The notes beneath the pieces are model-generated. The model saw nothing but the letters and a program-made list of their open reading frames with translations, had not been told where the DNA came from and did not search any database. 64,000 bases of DNA, taken from the IMG/VR virus record IMGVR_UViG_3300028534_000024, positions 9,350-73,349 of that record. The stretch is one strand, 5' to 3'. Shown piece by piece: positions 20,097 through 28,791 of this stretch. The first letter of the stretch is position 1; every line of letters begins with the position of its first letter. Position numbers and translations under genes: made by a program. Source of the stretch: a virus. Its lineage: Duplodnaviria > Caudoviricetes.

Positions 20097-20748
20097 AAAA
20101 CTAAAACTTATATTTCCAGAATCAAATGATTACTTTATATATGAATTATATAGATATTTATCTGAGTATTCTAATAGCTTCAGACTTGATAATAAAGGTA
20201 GATTAGCAAAGTTCTTAGCACTAGCAAAAGCTGAGATATTTTTTAAAAATGGAAAACCTATACTTGTTGAAAATCTAAATTATAGCAGAAAACAACTTAA
20301 AAGATTTAGCAAAAGATTTAGAAATAATCCTAAACTATTAGATAAAGCAATGAGTCTAAAAGGAAAAGAAAAACAGAAATTCATAGCAATGGAATGGTAT
20401 GGTACAGGGAAGAAAGCAAAAGCCCTTGGAAACAAATCAAAATACGATGGATGGAGATTTAGAGGTAGAGGTATTTTTCAAATAACAGGAAGATACAATT
20501 ATGAAATTATAGCAAACTATGTATTTGAACATAGTGATATAGTATGGATATATGATAATGATGATGTTTTCAATAGAATAACTGGCTCTATGGAGTTTAA
20601 TATTGTTAGTGCATTTGGTTTTTGGTCTTATCATAGAATGTATGATAAGAGTATAAAAAAATGTATAAAAACTATAAATGGTGGTCTTCCTTCATCAGAG
20701 ATATATAAAAGAAAAAAGTACTATAAAAAAATATTGGCAATGATTTGA
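20083..20748 (+). CDS. Endolysin, glycoside hydrolase family 19
   Basis: 'ENLNYS', 'DGWRFRGRGIFQITGRYNY', 'SAFGFW', 'INGG'. Confidence 0.93.
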   Translation: MIEIRKLKLIFPESNDYFIYELYRYLSEYSNSFRLDNKGRLAKFLALAKAEIFFKNGKPILVENLNYSRKQLKRFSKRFRNNPKLLDKAMSLKGKEKQKFIAMEWYGTGKKAKALGNKSKYDGWRFRGRGIFQITGRYNYEIIANYVFEHSDIVWIYDNDDVFNRITGSMEFNIVSAFGFWSYHRMYDKSIKKCIKTINGGLPSSEIYKRKKYYKKILAMI

Positions 20749-20758
20749 TGTCATTAGC

Positions 20759-21382
20759 TTATATAAGCTTATCAAGTAGGTTTTTAATTTTTTCTAGGTG
20801 TTGTAACCGGTCAAGATGTTCTTGACGTGATGTATGATTTTTATTGTATTTTTTATTTTACGTAAGAATTGTAATTTCCAGTCATTAATACATAATGATG
20901 CATCAGGAAGAGTAAATTCACTACCATTTATTTTATTAAATTCTGATAATGCTTCATTATTTAGATATACTATTATCTTATGAATTAAATGTTTATCATA
21001 TTCAATTGTCATAGCATACATATAATCTTTTTGGTAATTACCAAAACTCCAAATTACTTTGTACAGGTCCCAAACCAATCATTATCATTTTTATGTTTAT
21101 GGAATGTTTCCCTATCTATAAACTGGTAATGTCTATCTTGTAATTTATTATCTTTTATATCCTTAAGTAATGATACAACTCCTGTATTAAGTTCATTATA
21201 TACTACTATTTCAAATTGAGATACCTGCAATGTGTAAAAACTCATAGCCCTCTACCACCAAATAAATCTACAAAATATTTTACATTAGTATTTTCTTTTA
21301 TTATAAAATCTATTATCTTGGGTGCCAATCTTCTTTTGCTTCCTAGATATGGCATACCCAATCCTTTTATTACATCATTCAT
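20759..21382 (-). pseudogene. Dam-like (D12 class) adenine methyltransferase pseudogene
   Basis: Manual translation gives MNDVIKGLGMPYLGSKRRLAPKIIDF...FVDLFGG, continuing via single-base shifts into the tracked 21054..21245 and 20794..21078 ORFs and then 'HLDRLQHLEKI'; no DPPY motif before the endolysin end. Confidence 0.8.
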
Positions 21383-21393
21383 ACATTCCCTTT

Positions 21394-21927
21394 CTATTGT
21401 TTAAAATTAACTATCTTACCTATTATTTCTTGTTCATCTTCTGCCTCAAAGATATTATAGCTTAAAGTTTCTGTCCATCCGTCCCCATATACTTCTTTAG
21501 GTATTGCTCTTCTATATTCATCATATGTGTTAAGAATAAGCTGTTCTCTATCAAAAGCGTCTATTCCTTTATCGAATCTTACGACTGCTAGTATTTTAAA
21601 ATCTTGGAATGGTTGATTTTTATACCTAGTAGCAACATCTAAATGTGTTATACCTAATTTATAATAAGTATTTCCATTTATATTAAATGATATATAGTAA
21701 AGATTGGATGGTATATCTTTCTTATCACCAAGTTGTTCCCGCATCCTACAAGAATAACAATTAAATCTTAAGTGATTATCTGGTGTCTGATAAATGCGTC
21801 CATGAATGGGACATATAATAGGCACCTTAGTTCTATTATTTATATAGTTAACATATCGATAATCAAACTTATCCCCATGTACCTCTTTCGCTTTCTTAAT
21901 AAAATCCTCTGTGGTTAGTCTTTTCAT
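21394..21927 (-). CDS. Free-standing homing endonuclease-like protein (DUF723-like zinc domain plus GIY-YIG-like domain)
   Basis: 'EDFIKKAKEVHGDKFDY...IICPIHG...CYSC' and 'LYYISF...YYKLGIT'. Confidence 0.7.
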   Translation of the reverse strand: MKRLTTEDFIKKAKEVHGDKFDYRYVNYINNRTKVPIICPIHGRIYQTPDNHLRFNCYSCRMREQLGDKKDIPSNLYYISFNINGNTYYKLGITHLDVATRYKNQPFQDFKILAVVRFDKGIDAFDREQLILNTYDEYRRAIPKEVYGDGWTETLSYNIFEAEDEQEIIGKIVNFKQ

Positions 21928-21935
21928 ATCTTTCC

Positions 21936-22484
21936 CTAATTATCTATTGGTAACTCTTCAATTATTATTTGTTTTGGTAAGAAGTCACAACAATAATATG
22001 AAGAACTAAATGTTATATTACTTCCTTGCCCGTAAAGTATTCTTTTATCGAACATCAATAATTGCATATCCTTATTAGCTTCTTTAAATACAAACTTACT
22101 ATATTTATCATTAAGCCAAGCATTTGTCATTAATAAAGCGAATGGTTTATTAAACTTCAATGCTCTTTCAAAGATAAATCTTTTTTTACTAAAAGGTGGA
22201 TTGCTTACCATAATATCCCATTTATCAGGTTCATATTCATAGTAGTCTTGTCCGTATTCTATATGGGAGTAAGTAACTGTGACAAATGGTAATTCTGCTA
22301 TTAGTTTAACAAACTTACTTTCTTCTTTATCAAATGGGCACCACACTATTAAATTATCATATGGGTCTATCCCTTGTTCTTTTATGAATACATCATAGTA
22401 ATACATCTCAATGTACTTTAAAATTGGTTTTACACCATAAGCTGGTGTGTAGCATTCATCATTCTTTCCTTTTGAGTATATCAT
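21936..22484 (-). CDS. DNA amino-methyltransferase (NPPF motif)
   Basis: 'NDECYTP', 'VWCPFD', 'VSNPPFS', 'KPFALLM'. Confidence 0.8.
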   Translation of the reverse strand: MIYSKGKNDECYTPAYGVKPILKYIEMYYYDVFIKEQGIDPYDNLIVWCPFDKEESKFVKLIAELPFVTVTYSHIEYGQDYYEYEPDKWDIMVSNPPFSKKRFIFERALKFNKPFALLMTNAWLNDKYSKFVFKEANKDMQLLMFDKRILYGQGSNITFSSSYYCCDFLPKQIIIEELPIDN

Positions 22485-22505
22485 ATATTCTCCTTATACT
22501 ATTCT

Positions 22506-23441
22506 TTAGGTACCCATCATAAGTTCTAACATTGATGAACTACCTATTATTTTCTCACCAGCTTCACCAAAGTCCTTAAAGTTAGACTTATAAAGCCACT
22601 TTGTCTTATTATCAAATAAACCTAAAGTTGTAGGTATTTTTTCTTTCCATTTATTAAATAATGATTGTTTATTGCCTAACATTTTTTCTACACCTGCATT
22701 ATCATTATCCCAGCATAGTATTACTCTATCTGTACCTAACTTAATAGCTTCAAGTACCCAATTATCACTAGGAGTACGGAACCCTAAAGATGGTGTTGCA
22801 GCTACCCCTAATTGTAATAAATGAAGAGCATCTTGTGATCCTTCTGTTACAATTAAAGTTGATGTATCTATATTATTATCTTTCATATACTTACCAAATA
22901 AGATATGATTAGATGGTTGTATGCCAGTCGAGTGCATATACTTAGGGATAGACTTATCGGTTGAATTACCTATATACCTACCTGTATATCCTACAAGTTC
23001 ATTATCTATATTATAAAAAGGAAATATAAGTCTATCTTGAAATCTACCTCTTAAACATATAAAAGCATTAATATCTGAAAGAAACTCTTTAGATAGTCCT
23101 CTATATTCATCAGGAAATTTATGTGCTGGTGGTAAAGCAAACACGGTATTCTTATCGTTAATTGTTTGAAACTTACTTTCAAGCTTGTTTATAATATCAT
23201 TGAAGCGGGACTTAAGGTGTAAATCTTTAAGTTCTTGACTATCATTTGTAAAAGTTTTAGGGGATACATAGAATCCGCATGCTTTACAAGATAGCCACCC
23301 TTCCATTGTACTGACAAAGCAACTTTCGTTACTATCATCATGTTCAGGATTTGGACATTGACATAATAAATATCCGTCTCCTGATTGTTTCCATCTTAAC
23401 TTCTGGGTATCTAACCAATCAGTTATTATTTGTTTAAACAT
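22506..23441 (-). CDS. DNA primase (Zn finger + TOPRIM)
   Basis: CPNPEH...CKAC zinc finger; 'RLIFP', 'VTEGSQDAL', 'WDNDNAG'. Confidence 0.9.
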   Translation of the reverse strand: MFKQIITDWLDTQKLRWKQSGDGYLLCQCPNPEHDDSNESCFVSTMEGWLSCKACGFYVSPKTFTNDSQELKDLHLKSRFNDIINKLESKFQTINDKNTVFALPPAHKFPDEYRGLSKEFLSDINAFICLRGRFQDRLIFPFYNIDNELVGYTGRYIGNSTDKSIPKYMHSTGIQPSNHILFGKYMKDNNIDTSTLIVTEGSQDALHLLQLGVAATPSLGFRTPSDNWVLEAIKLGTDRVILCWDNDNAGVEKMLGNKQSLFNKWKEKIPTTLGLFDNKTKWLYKSNFKDFGEAGEKIIGSSSMLELMMGT

Positions 23442-23468
23442 AATATTATCCTTATAATTACATTTATC

Positions 23469-24467
23469 TTATTTAACATTCCCATATTTAAGTAATTTAT
23501 AGTCCTCAAGTTGTAAGGTAGGGAACACATTGAAAATACTAATACATTTTCTTATAAAGTCTTCATAAGTTAAATCTGTTGGTTTACTATCAAGTGCTTT
23601 TTTAATAATTACTAATTCATTTGGTTTAACTTTATGAATAGGTATCGGATTCATCATTAGAAGATTATGGTGATATTGTGCTTTAACATCTTGGAACTTA
23701 GCCTTTGGGTGTATATGAAGGTTATACTTCTTTTCTTCTATTAATTTATTAGCTATATCTTCCCATTCATCTACCGGATAAGGTAGAAAGTGCTTCTTAA
23801 ATCTTGCCTTGGCTATATTAACAAGCCCATAGATGGAATCTTTTTTCTGTCCTTTTAAAGCAGAATAATGTGGTAAAATATCAAAAGGTAGCCCATATAA
23901 CTCTTCTACTTGTTCTTCGTGAGTATATAGTTCATTCTTAGAGTACTTTAAAAGGTGCGTATTACCTTTGTCAGTTCCTGTATTTTCAATCCTATAGTAC
24001 CAATCTTCATCAAGAGAAAATAGAAGTATATTAGCTTTAGGTTTTAAAGTTCTAATAATGTTTGATAAATCATCTGCTTCTAATGTTGAATTTAAGTCTT
24101 GTAATGAATAACCTACATCATTAAATATTTTGGATAGGTTCATATAATCTTTAAGGAAAGCTTCCCTTTCTTTTTTATGCTTATCATTATCCCTTGATTG
24201 AATCTCTTTTCTTTGCCCTTTATAATCATGTTGCATATTTAGTCTATATTCTGATTTATTAAAATCACTTGCATATAGTACTTTTTTAAAGTTTATTTTG
24301 TTAAACTTTAAGGCATCTGCTATAGTCTTAAACATATGCGTTGCATGTTGTTTCCTATGGAATGAATTATAAGCTACCAATTTACTATCCACAATAACAT
24401 AATCATAGACTATATTAGGCCTATTAATTTTCACATCTGGTATGTATTTATTTTGTTGTTCTTTCAA
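23469..24467 (-). CDS. 5'-3' exonuclease / flap endonuclease
   Basis: 'VIVDS', 'YKGQR', 'EADDL', 'SLDED', 'KDSIYGL'. Confidence 0.85.
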   Translation of the reverse strand: MKEQQNKYIPDVKINRPNIVYDYVIVDSKLVAYNSFHRKQHATHMFKTIADALKFNKINFKKVLYASDFNKSEYRLNMQHDYKGQRKEIQSRDNDKHKKEREAFLKDYMNLSKIFNDVGYSLQDLNSTLEADDLSNIIRTLKPKANILLFSLDEDWYYRIENTGTDKGNTHLLKYSKNELYTHEEQVEELYGLPFDILPHYSALKGQKKDSIYGLVNIAKARFKKHFLPYPVDEWEDIANKLIEEKKYNLHIHPKAKFQDVKAQYHHNLLMMNPIPIHKVKPNELVIIKKALDSKPTDLTYEDFIRKCISIFNVFPTLQLEDYKLLKYGNVK

Positions 24468-24475
24468 TATTACTC

Positions 24476-24640
24476 CTATGTATTTATCATTTCTTTAATA
24501 ATATCTTCACTTACATCAAACATCTCTGCAATATCTGAAATACTAATACCTGAATTAATCAAGGTTATTACATTATCTTTACTAAATTCCCCATGTATAC
24601 CTAATGTAGCGTCTATTATATCATCTAAAAATCCAAACAT
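24476..24640 (-). CDS. Small HTH-like protein (not in ORF track)
   Basis: AGGAG RBS; MFGFLDD...LINSGISISDIAEMFDVSEDIIKEMINT, 54 aa. Confidence 0.55.
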   Translation of the reverse strand: MFGFLDDIIDATLGIHGEFSKDNVITLINSGISISDIAEMFDVSEDIIKEMINT

Positions 24641-24673
24641 ATATTCTCCTTTTAATGCTATTTTAAGATCTAT

Positions 24674-24892
24674 TCAATCTTTAATGTTATCAATCTTATC
24701 TTTCATAAGTTTAAATAATTCAGTATTTGAAATAGTTGAAAGTTCTTTTCTTGTATTAGCTGTTACATCAGAAATAACTTTGCATATTGAATATAAAGTA
24801 GCCTCACTTAATAATTCAAGTCCGACTAATGATTTTGTAAGTTCATCTTGAAACTTTTTCTTTGCTTTTATATTTAATTTATTTGATTGCAT
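24674..24892 (-). CDS. Hypothetical protein
   Basis: AAAGGA RBS behind a consensus promoter. Confidence 0.6.
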   Translation of the reverse strand: MQSNKLNIKAKKKFQDELTKSLVGLELLSEATLYSICKVISDVTANTRKELSTISNTELFKLMKDKIDNIKD

Positions 24893-24921
24893 ATATGTCC
24901 TTTATTTATTTTATATGTAGT

Positions 24922-24951
24922 ATTATATCATATATAGTGTATATTTGTCAA
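24922..24951 (-). promoter_or_regulatory. Sigma70-type promoter TTGACA-N18-TATAAT with extended -10 TG
   Basis: Minus strand TTGACA aatatacactatatatga TATAAT. Confidence 0.85.
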
Positions 24952-24956
24952 GTATA

Positions 24957-25275
24957 CTATATAAATAAACCTATATAGTTATCTTATAAAGTAAGGACTA
25001 TCGTCCTATATATTGGGAACCTTTCGGTTCAGACTGATATTATACCATAAAAGTTATGTTTTGTCAAGTCTTTTTTGAAATTTATATAATATTTTTCAGG
25101 AAACTTTTGTAACAAAAGAAAATTGAAATTAATTTATATTATTATATAAAGTTTCCTAACAAGATATACCATTTAAAGCAACAGAATGGTACTTTAAAAG
25201 GCTTTTCTTTTAGTTTAGGTATCATAGGCTACCTAAGATGTAAAACCTTTCATATTTGCTTTTAAATTATTTATC
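24957..25275 (-). repeat. Repeat family A, copy 1 (promoter -35 at 25062-67, -10 at 25039-44, two hairpins)
   Basis: 294 bp shared with 35155-35448; homology to copy 3 extends to 25275. Confidence 0.97.
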
Positions 25276-26301
25276 AATTCTTATTCCGTGATACACAGGA
25301 AACCTAGGAATACCCCCATCAGTAAATTCGAAGAACCTTACTTCAGCTAACTGTCCAATATACTCATTTTTGTTTTTAAGTATTTCTTTTCTCTCATCTA
25401 TTGATACTTTCATATTACATTTAAAAGTTGTATCATTGATTTTACATATAACTGTACCTTGCGTAGTATCTGCTTCATTAGGAATAACATCAACTATTTC
25501 GTAAGTCTCATCTATAAAGTCTTTATATTTAAGAAGCGATTTGGATCTTTTATTGAACTCATAATGTGTATTATCAGTTCTGACTATCGTCCCTTCATAT
25601 CCTTGTGATAGGAATTGTTTATGCCAACCTTTAAGTTCATCTAATGAGTTAACTTTATATGTAGGTACTATTTCTATATTATTTTTATATATACATAAAT
25701 TATAAAGCTCATCATATCTTTCGGAGAATGTTCCTTTAATAGAAGGCATATCATACACATAGTATTTAATCTTTTCTGTTTCATTTTCTTGATATTTTTT
25801 AACTCTTGAGATTATTTCTTGGAATGTCATTCCGTGACAGTATAATTCACCATCAAGTATATCTTCATCAGTTAAGAAAGACAAATCGATATGTTCCACT
25901 GTTGTAACTTCTCTATTCTTTCTTGAAAGTTTGTTTTTATTTGTCCCTACCATTCTTACACCATCTAGTTTAGGTTGTACATAACAATGAAACTCAATAG
26001 TCTTCTCATTAAACTTATTTGCTAGCATAGGCATAAGTGATGTATGCGATTTAGCTTCTTCAAGTGTTTCAAAGTACCCTTCTTTTAATTTCTTAGTAAT
26101 AAGAGCTTCCATTTGAAGTATTGATTGTTCATCAGCAGTTGTTTCATTAGCTCGACCTATATTCTTAGCTTTACACTCTCTGATATTAGTTACTAATTTA
26201 CCATCAAGTAAACCTGATTCTTGATAAAGAAGATGTCCTTTAGTGAACACTCTCAATATCCTTATTTTGTTCTTACTATCTTTTTTATATAATGTTTTCA
26301 T
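25267..26301 (-). CDS. ATP-dependent DNA ligase
   Basis: 'PMLA', 'QPKLDGVR', 'LDGELY', 'YDMP', 'EGTIVR', 'LLKYK', 'PRFP'. Confidence 0.93.
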   Translation of the reverse strand: MKTLYKKDSKNKIRILRVFTKGHLLYQESGLLDGKLVTNIRECKAKNIGRANETTADEQSILQMEALITKKLKEGYFETLEEAKSHTSLMPMLANKFNEKTIEFHCYVQPKLDGVRMVGTNKNKLSRKNREVTTVEHIDLSFLTDEDILDGELYCHGMTFQEIISRVKKYQENETEKIKYYVYDMPSIKGTFSERYDELYNLCIYKNNIEIVPTYKVNSLDELKGWHKQFLSQGYEGTIVRTDNTHYEFNKRSKSLLKYKDFIDETYEIVDVIPNEADTTQGTVICKINDTTFKCNMKVSIDERKEILKNKNEYIGQLAEVRFFEFTDGGIPRFPVYHGIRIDK

Positions 26302-26578
26302 GTATGTTCCTACTATCTATGGTATTAAATAATTTGTATATATCTGCCACTTCATTTATTACATCGTCACAAGATTGTTTAGTCAAATCTATAGTTAGTT
26401 CATATAGATTAAATGTAGATTTTCTATGGGTAAGTCTTGTGACAGGTAATATTTTTTTTTTTTTATATTTATCTAGCAAGTAAAATATTAATATATATTT
26501 ATCAGTCTTACATCTAATACATTCTTGGTAGTATCTACCAAGAATATCTTTCATATTTTTATTATAAATTGTTTTCAT
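26285..26578 (-). CDS. Hypothetical protein
   Basis: ORF with AAAGGA RBS in operon. Confidence 0.5.
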   Translation of the reverse strand: MKTIYNKNMKDILGRYYQECIRCKTDKYILIFYLLDKYKKKKILPVTRLTHRKSTFNLYELTIDLTKQSCDDVINEVADIYKLFNTIDSRNIHENII

Positions 26579-26592
26579 ATATGTGTCCTTTG

Positions 26593-27000
26593 TTATTTAA
26601 AACTTGTCCAGTCTTCGTCTGTAATTGTGCCATCTGTAATCCCTAATTTATAATTTCCTGAAATCTTTTCTTTTTGTGCTACTTGAATAGCCCCTGTTTT
26701 TGTGTATTGATTAACCCATAAGCAAGGATTAAATGTTTCTTCCGCTATTGGTTCTTCTCCAATAGATCTTAAAACATTATTAACATTATATTCAGCGTAT
26801 TGTTTAAGTATTGTACTATTTAGTCCTAGTAATTGAGGATTATCCTCGAACTGATAATCTATCCATTCATAATCAGCATCTAAGGCATCTTTATATAATT
26901 TAATATACTTATCTTTTTGCTCTTCAAAAGCAAATGCCCATTCTGGATCTTTCTTTAATCTATTTATAAGATTAACAGTCATAGCGTAATGCATTATCTC
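26593..27000 (-). CDS. nrdB: Ribonucleotide reductase class Ia beta subunit, exon 2
   Basis: Splicing joins ...IQLD to EIMHYAM, restoring the DExxH iron ligand motif. Confidence 0.9.
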   Translation of the reverse strand, partial: EIMHYAMTVNLINRLKKDPEWAFAFEEQKDKYIKLYKDALDADYEWIDYQFEDNPQLLGLNSTILKQYAEYNVNNVLRSIGEEPIAEETFNPCLWVNQYTKTGAIQVAQKEKISGNYKLGITDGTITDEDWTSFK

Positions 27001-28058
27001 CTTTATATTCAGATGAGGTCGTTAATCCCATCCCGCTTATTAGTAAGCTGCTGGTACTTTCATACCAGAATAGATCATATCATGAACCTTAGTTTTAGTG
27101 AAGGTCCCCTACCTTTTCCATCTCACTCGAGATGTACTCTACTTGCTTCTCATAATACCTATTTGTATTGTTCTGCGTTCGATGATCGTTACACATGTTT
27201 GTATTAAGTTTGTTAAATATAATTCTATCATTTTTTGTTAATCTATTATTTCTAAGCTTAGAAATAATAGAAGGGTCTAAATCAAATTTTCTTGCTATAT
27301 CTGCGTTAGTATTATCTGCAAAGAAAGCATCTATAAGTAATGCCTCCCTGTCGTACATAAAATTATTTTTTGTACTTACATTAGCTACCTGATTCGGAAA
27401 TTTTGTATCCCACACACTTTTCCATCTCTTTTTGTGTCGAATCAATGATACATATCTTGGATGTAAATTAAAAAGTATCGCTACTTCCTCGTTCGTTCTA
27501 CCATCTATAAGAAGCTTAATTACTTGCTCTGCGTCATTATTTGTCAATTTAGCATTGTAGCAATCCTCGCCTTTAGGTACTTTGACTAACCCAGTAGTAA
27601 TAGCGTGTATTTGGTTCTCAGATCTAGTTACCCATTCTAAGTTACTAATATTATTATTAGTTTTGTCACCATCTATATGATTAATATGTGGTTTATTGTA
27701 TGGATTAGGTATAAAAGCTTCTGCTACTAATCTATGGACCAACTTTGTATGTCCTTTCTTATTATTATCCCTTAAACCAACCATCACATATCCAGTATTA
27801 CTTATAGTAGTTGATAACTCTTTTGGTACTAGCCTATTATAGTAATTATATGATATTACTCTACCATCCGTAGTTATTTTATATTTATCGAAACCTAGTA
27901 TTGTTTTGCTTTTCATATTCTCTCCTTTATATCAGATAGAATATTATATTACTTAATACAAATTTAGCACGGTATTGCCATATGCTTTCGCACTTAGGGT
28001 TCCACCGTTTAGATAGGTTTTATATCTATATGTTACCATATAGTTGGACTCAAAGTTA
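27001..28058 (-). ncRNA. Group I intron (IA2-like) in nrdB
   Basis: 5' exon ends in U; P1 UUGGAU/GUCCAA; P2 CUAUAUG-GUAA-CAUAUAG; P3 CCUAUCU/AGGUAGG; P4 ACGGU/ACCGU; P7 GAUCA/UGAUC; P9 CUGGUAU-GAAA-GUACCAG; terminal G. Confidence 0.92.
27095..27916 (-). CDS. Intron-encoded HNH homing endonuclease (NUMOD4-like + HNH)
   Basis: 'YKITTDGRV', 'LVHRLVAEAFIPNP...INHIDGDKTNNNISNLEWVT'. Confidence 0.93.
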   Translation of the reverse strand: MKSKTILGFDKYKITTDGRVISYNYYNRLVPKELSTTISNTGYVMVGLRDNNKKGHTKLVHRLVAEAFIPNPYNKPHINHIDGDKTNNNISNLEWVTRSENQIHAITTGLVKVPKGEDCYNAKLTNNDAEQVIKLLIDGRTNEEVAILFNLHPRYVSLIRHKKRWKSVWDTKFPNQVANVSTKNNFMYDREALLIDAFFADNTNADIARKFDLDPSIISKLRNNRLTKNDRIIFNKLNTNMCNDHRTQNNTNRYYEKQVEYISSEMEKVGDLH

Positions 28059-28763
28059 ATCCAATTGAATCTTCTGTATCGCATCTGTTGCATTTATCAT
28101 AATACCATTTTCTTTATATGCAAATGATGTAACAAATGATGTCTTAAACAATACTGCCTCTAGTATGTTCAATGCGAACAATGACATTACTATTGATTTC
28201 TTATGTTCATTTTCATTATATTTCTCTGGTTCAATATGTCTAAGATTATATCTTGCATTATGTATAATAGTATCTTCAAATGTATCAATAATATCTTTAG
28301 CTCTTTTTAGAATATTGTCATTAATAATTATATCATCAAATATCTCAACAATATCAGTTGGCATAGCTTTAAGTATTTCTGCATAAGTTGGACTATGAAT
28401 TGATGTTTCGAAGAATTGGTGGGTACTCCACCACAGCTCAAGTTGAGGATTTGTAGTTACTGGAGAGAATACCTCAGCGACTGCTCTTCCAGCTATTGAG
28501 TCAAGAAGTGTTTGGAATTTAAAGTTTTTAAGATATAAGTTCCTAAGTTCGGGAGTCATCTTCATAAAATCTTTTGCATCTTTCTTGTAAGGAAAATCCC
28601 CTTTGAACCACATCAGTCCTTGTGCATTGTCTGTTAGTTTTTGAATTCCTTGTTCGATATTTAAATCGTTCCTTGCTACATTCCTACCAGAGCCTAAGAA
28701 TAAAGGCTCATTTGTGAAATCTATGTTGTTTGGGTTAAATAAATTATGTACTTCTGTTGTCAT
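28059..28763 (-). CDS. nrdB: Ribonucleotide reductase class Ia beta subunit, exon 1
   Basis: 'EPLFLG...NVAR', 'FQTLLDSI', 'FETSIHSPTY', 'LNILEAVLF..SF'. Confidence 0.92.
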
Positions 28764-28791
28764 GTGTATCCTTTTATATTTTATTAGTTAA

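Noticed and set aside
24957-25275. Family A as an IS or MITE
   Set aside because: No terminal inverted repeats, target duplications or transposase recognised; copy ends are ragged. Not fully excluded.
26593-26994. Independent 133-aa gene
   Set aside because: It is nrdB exon 2
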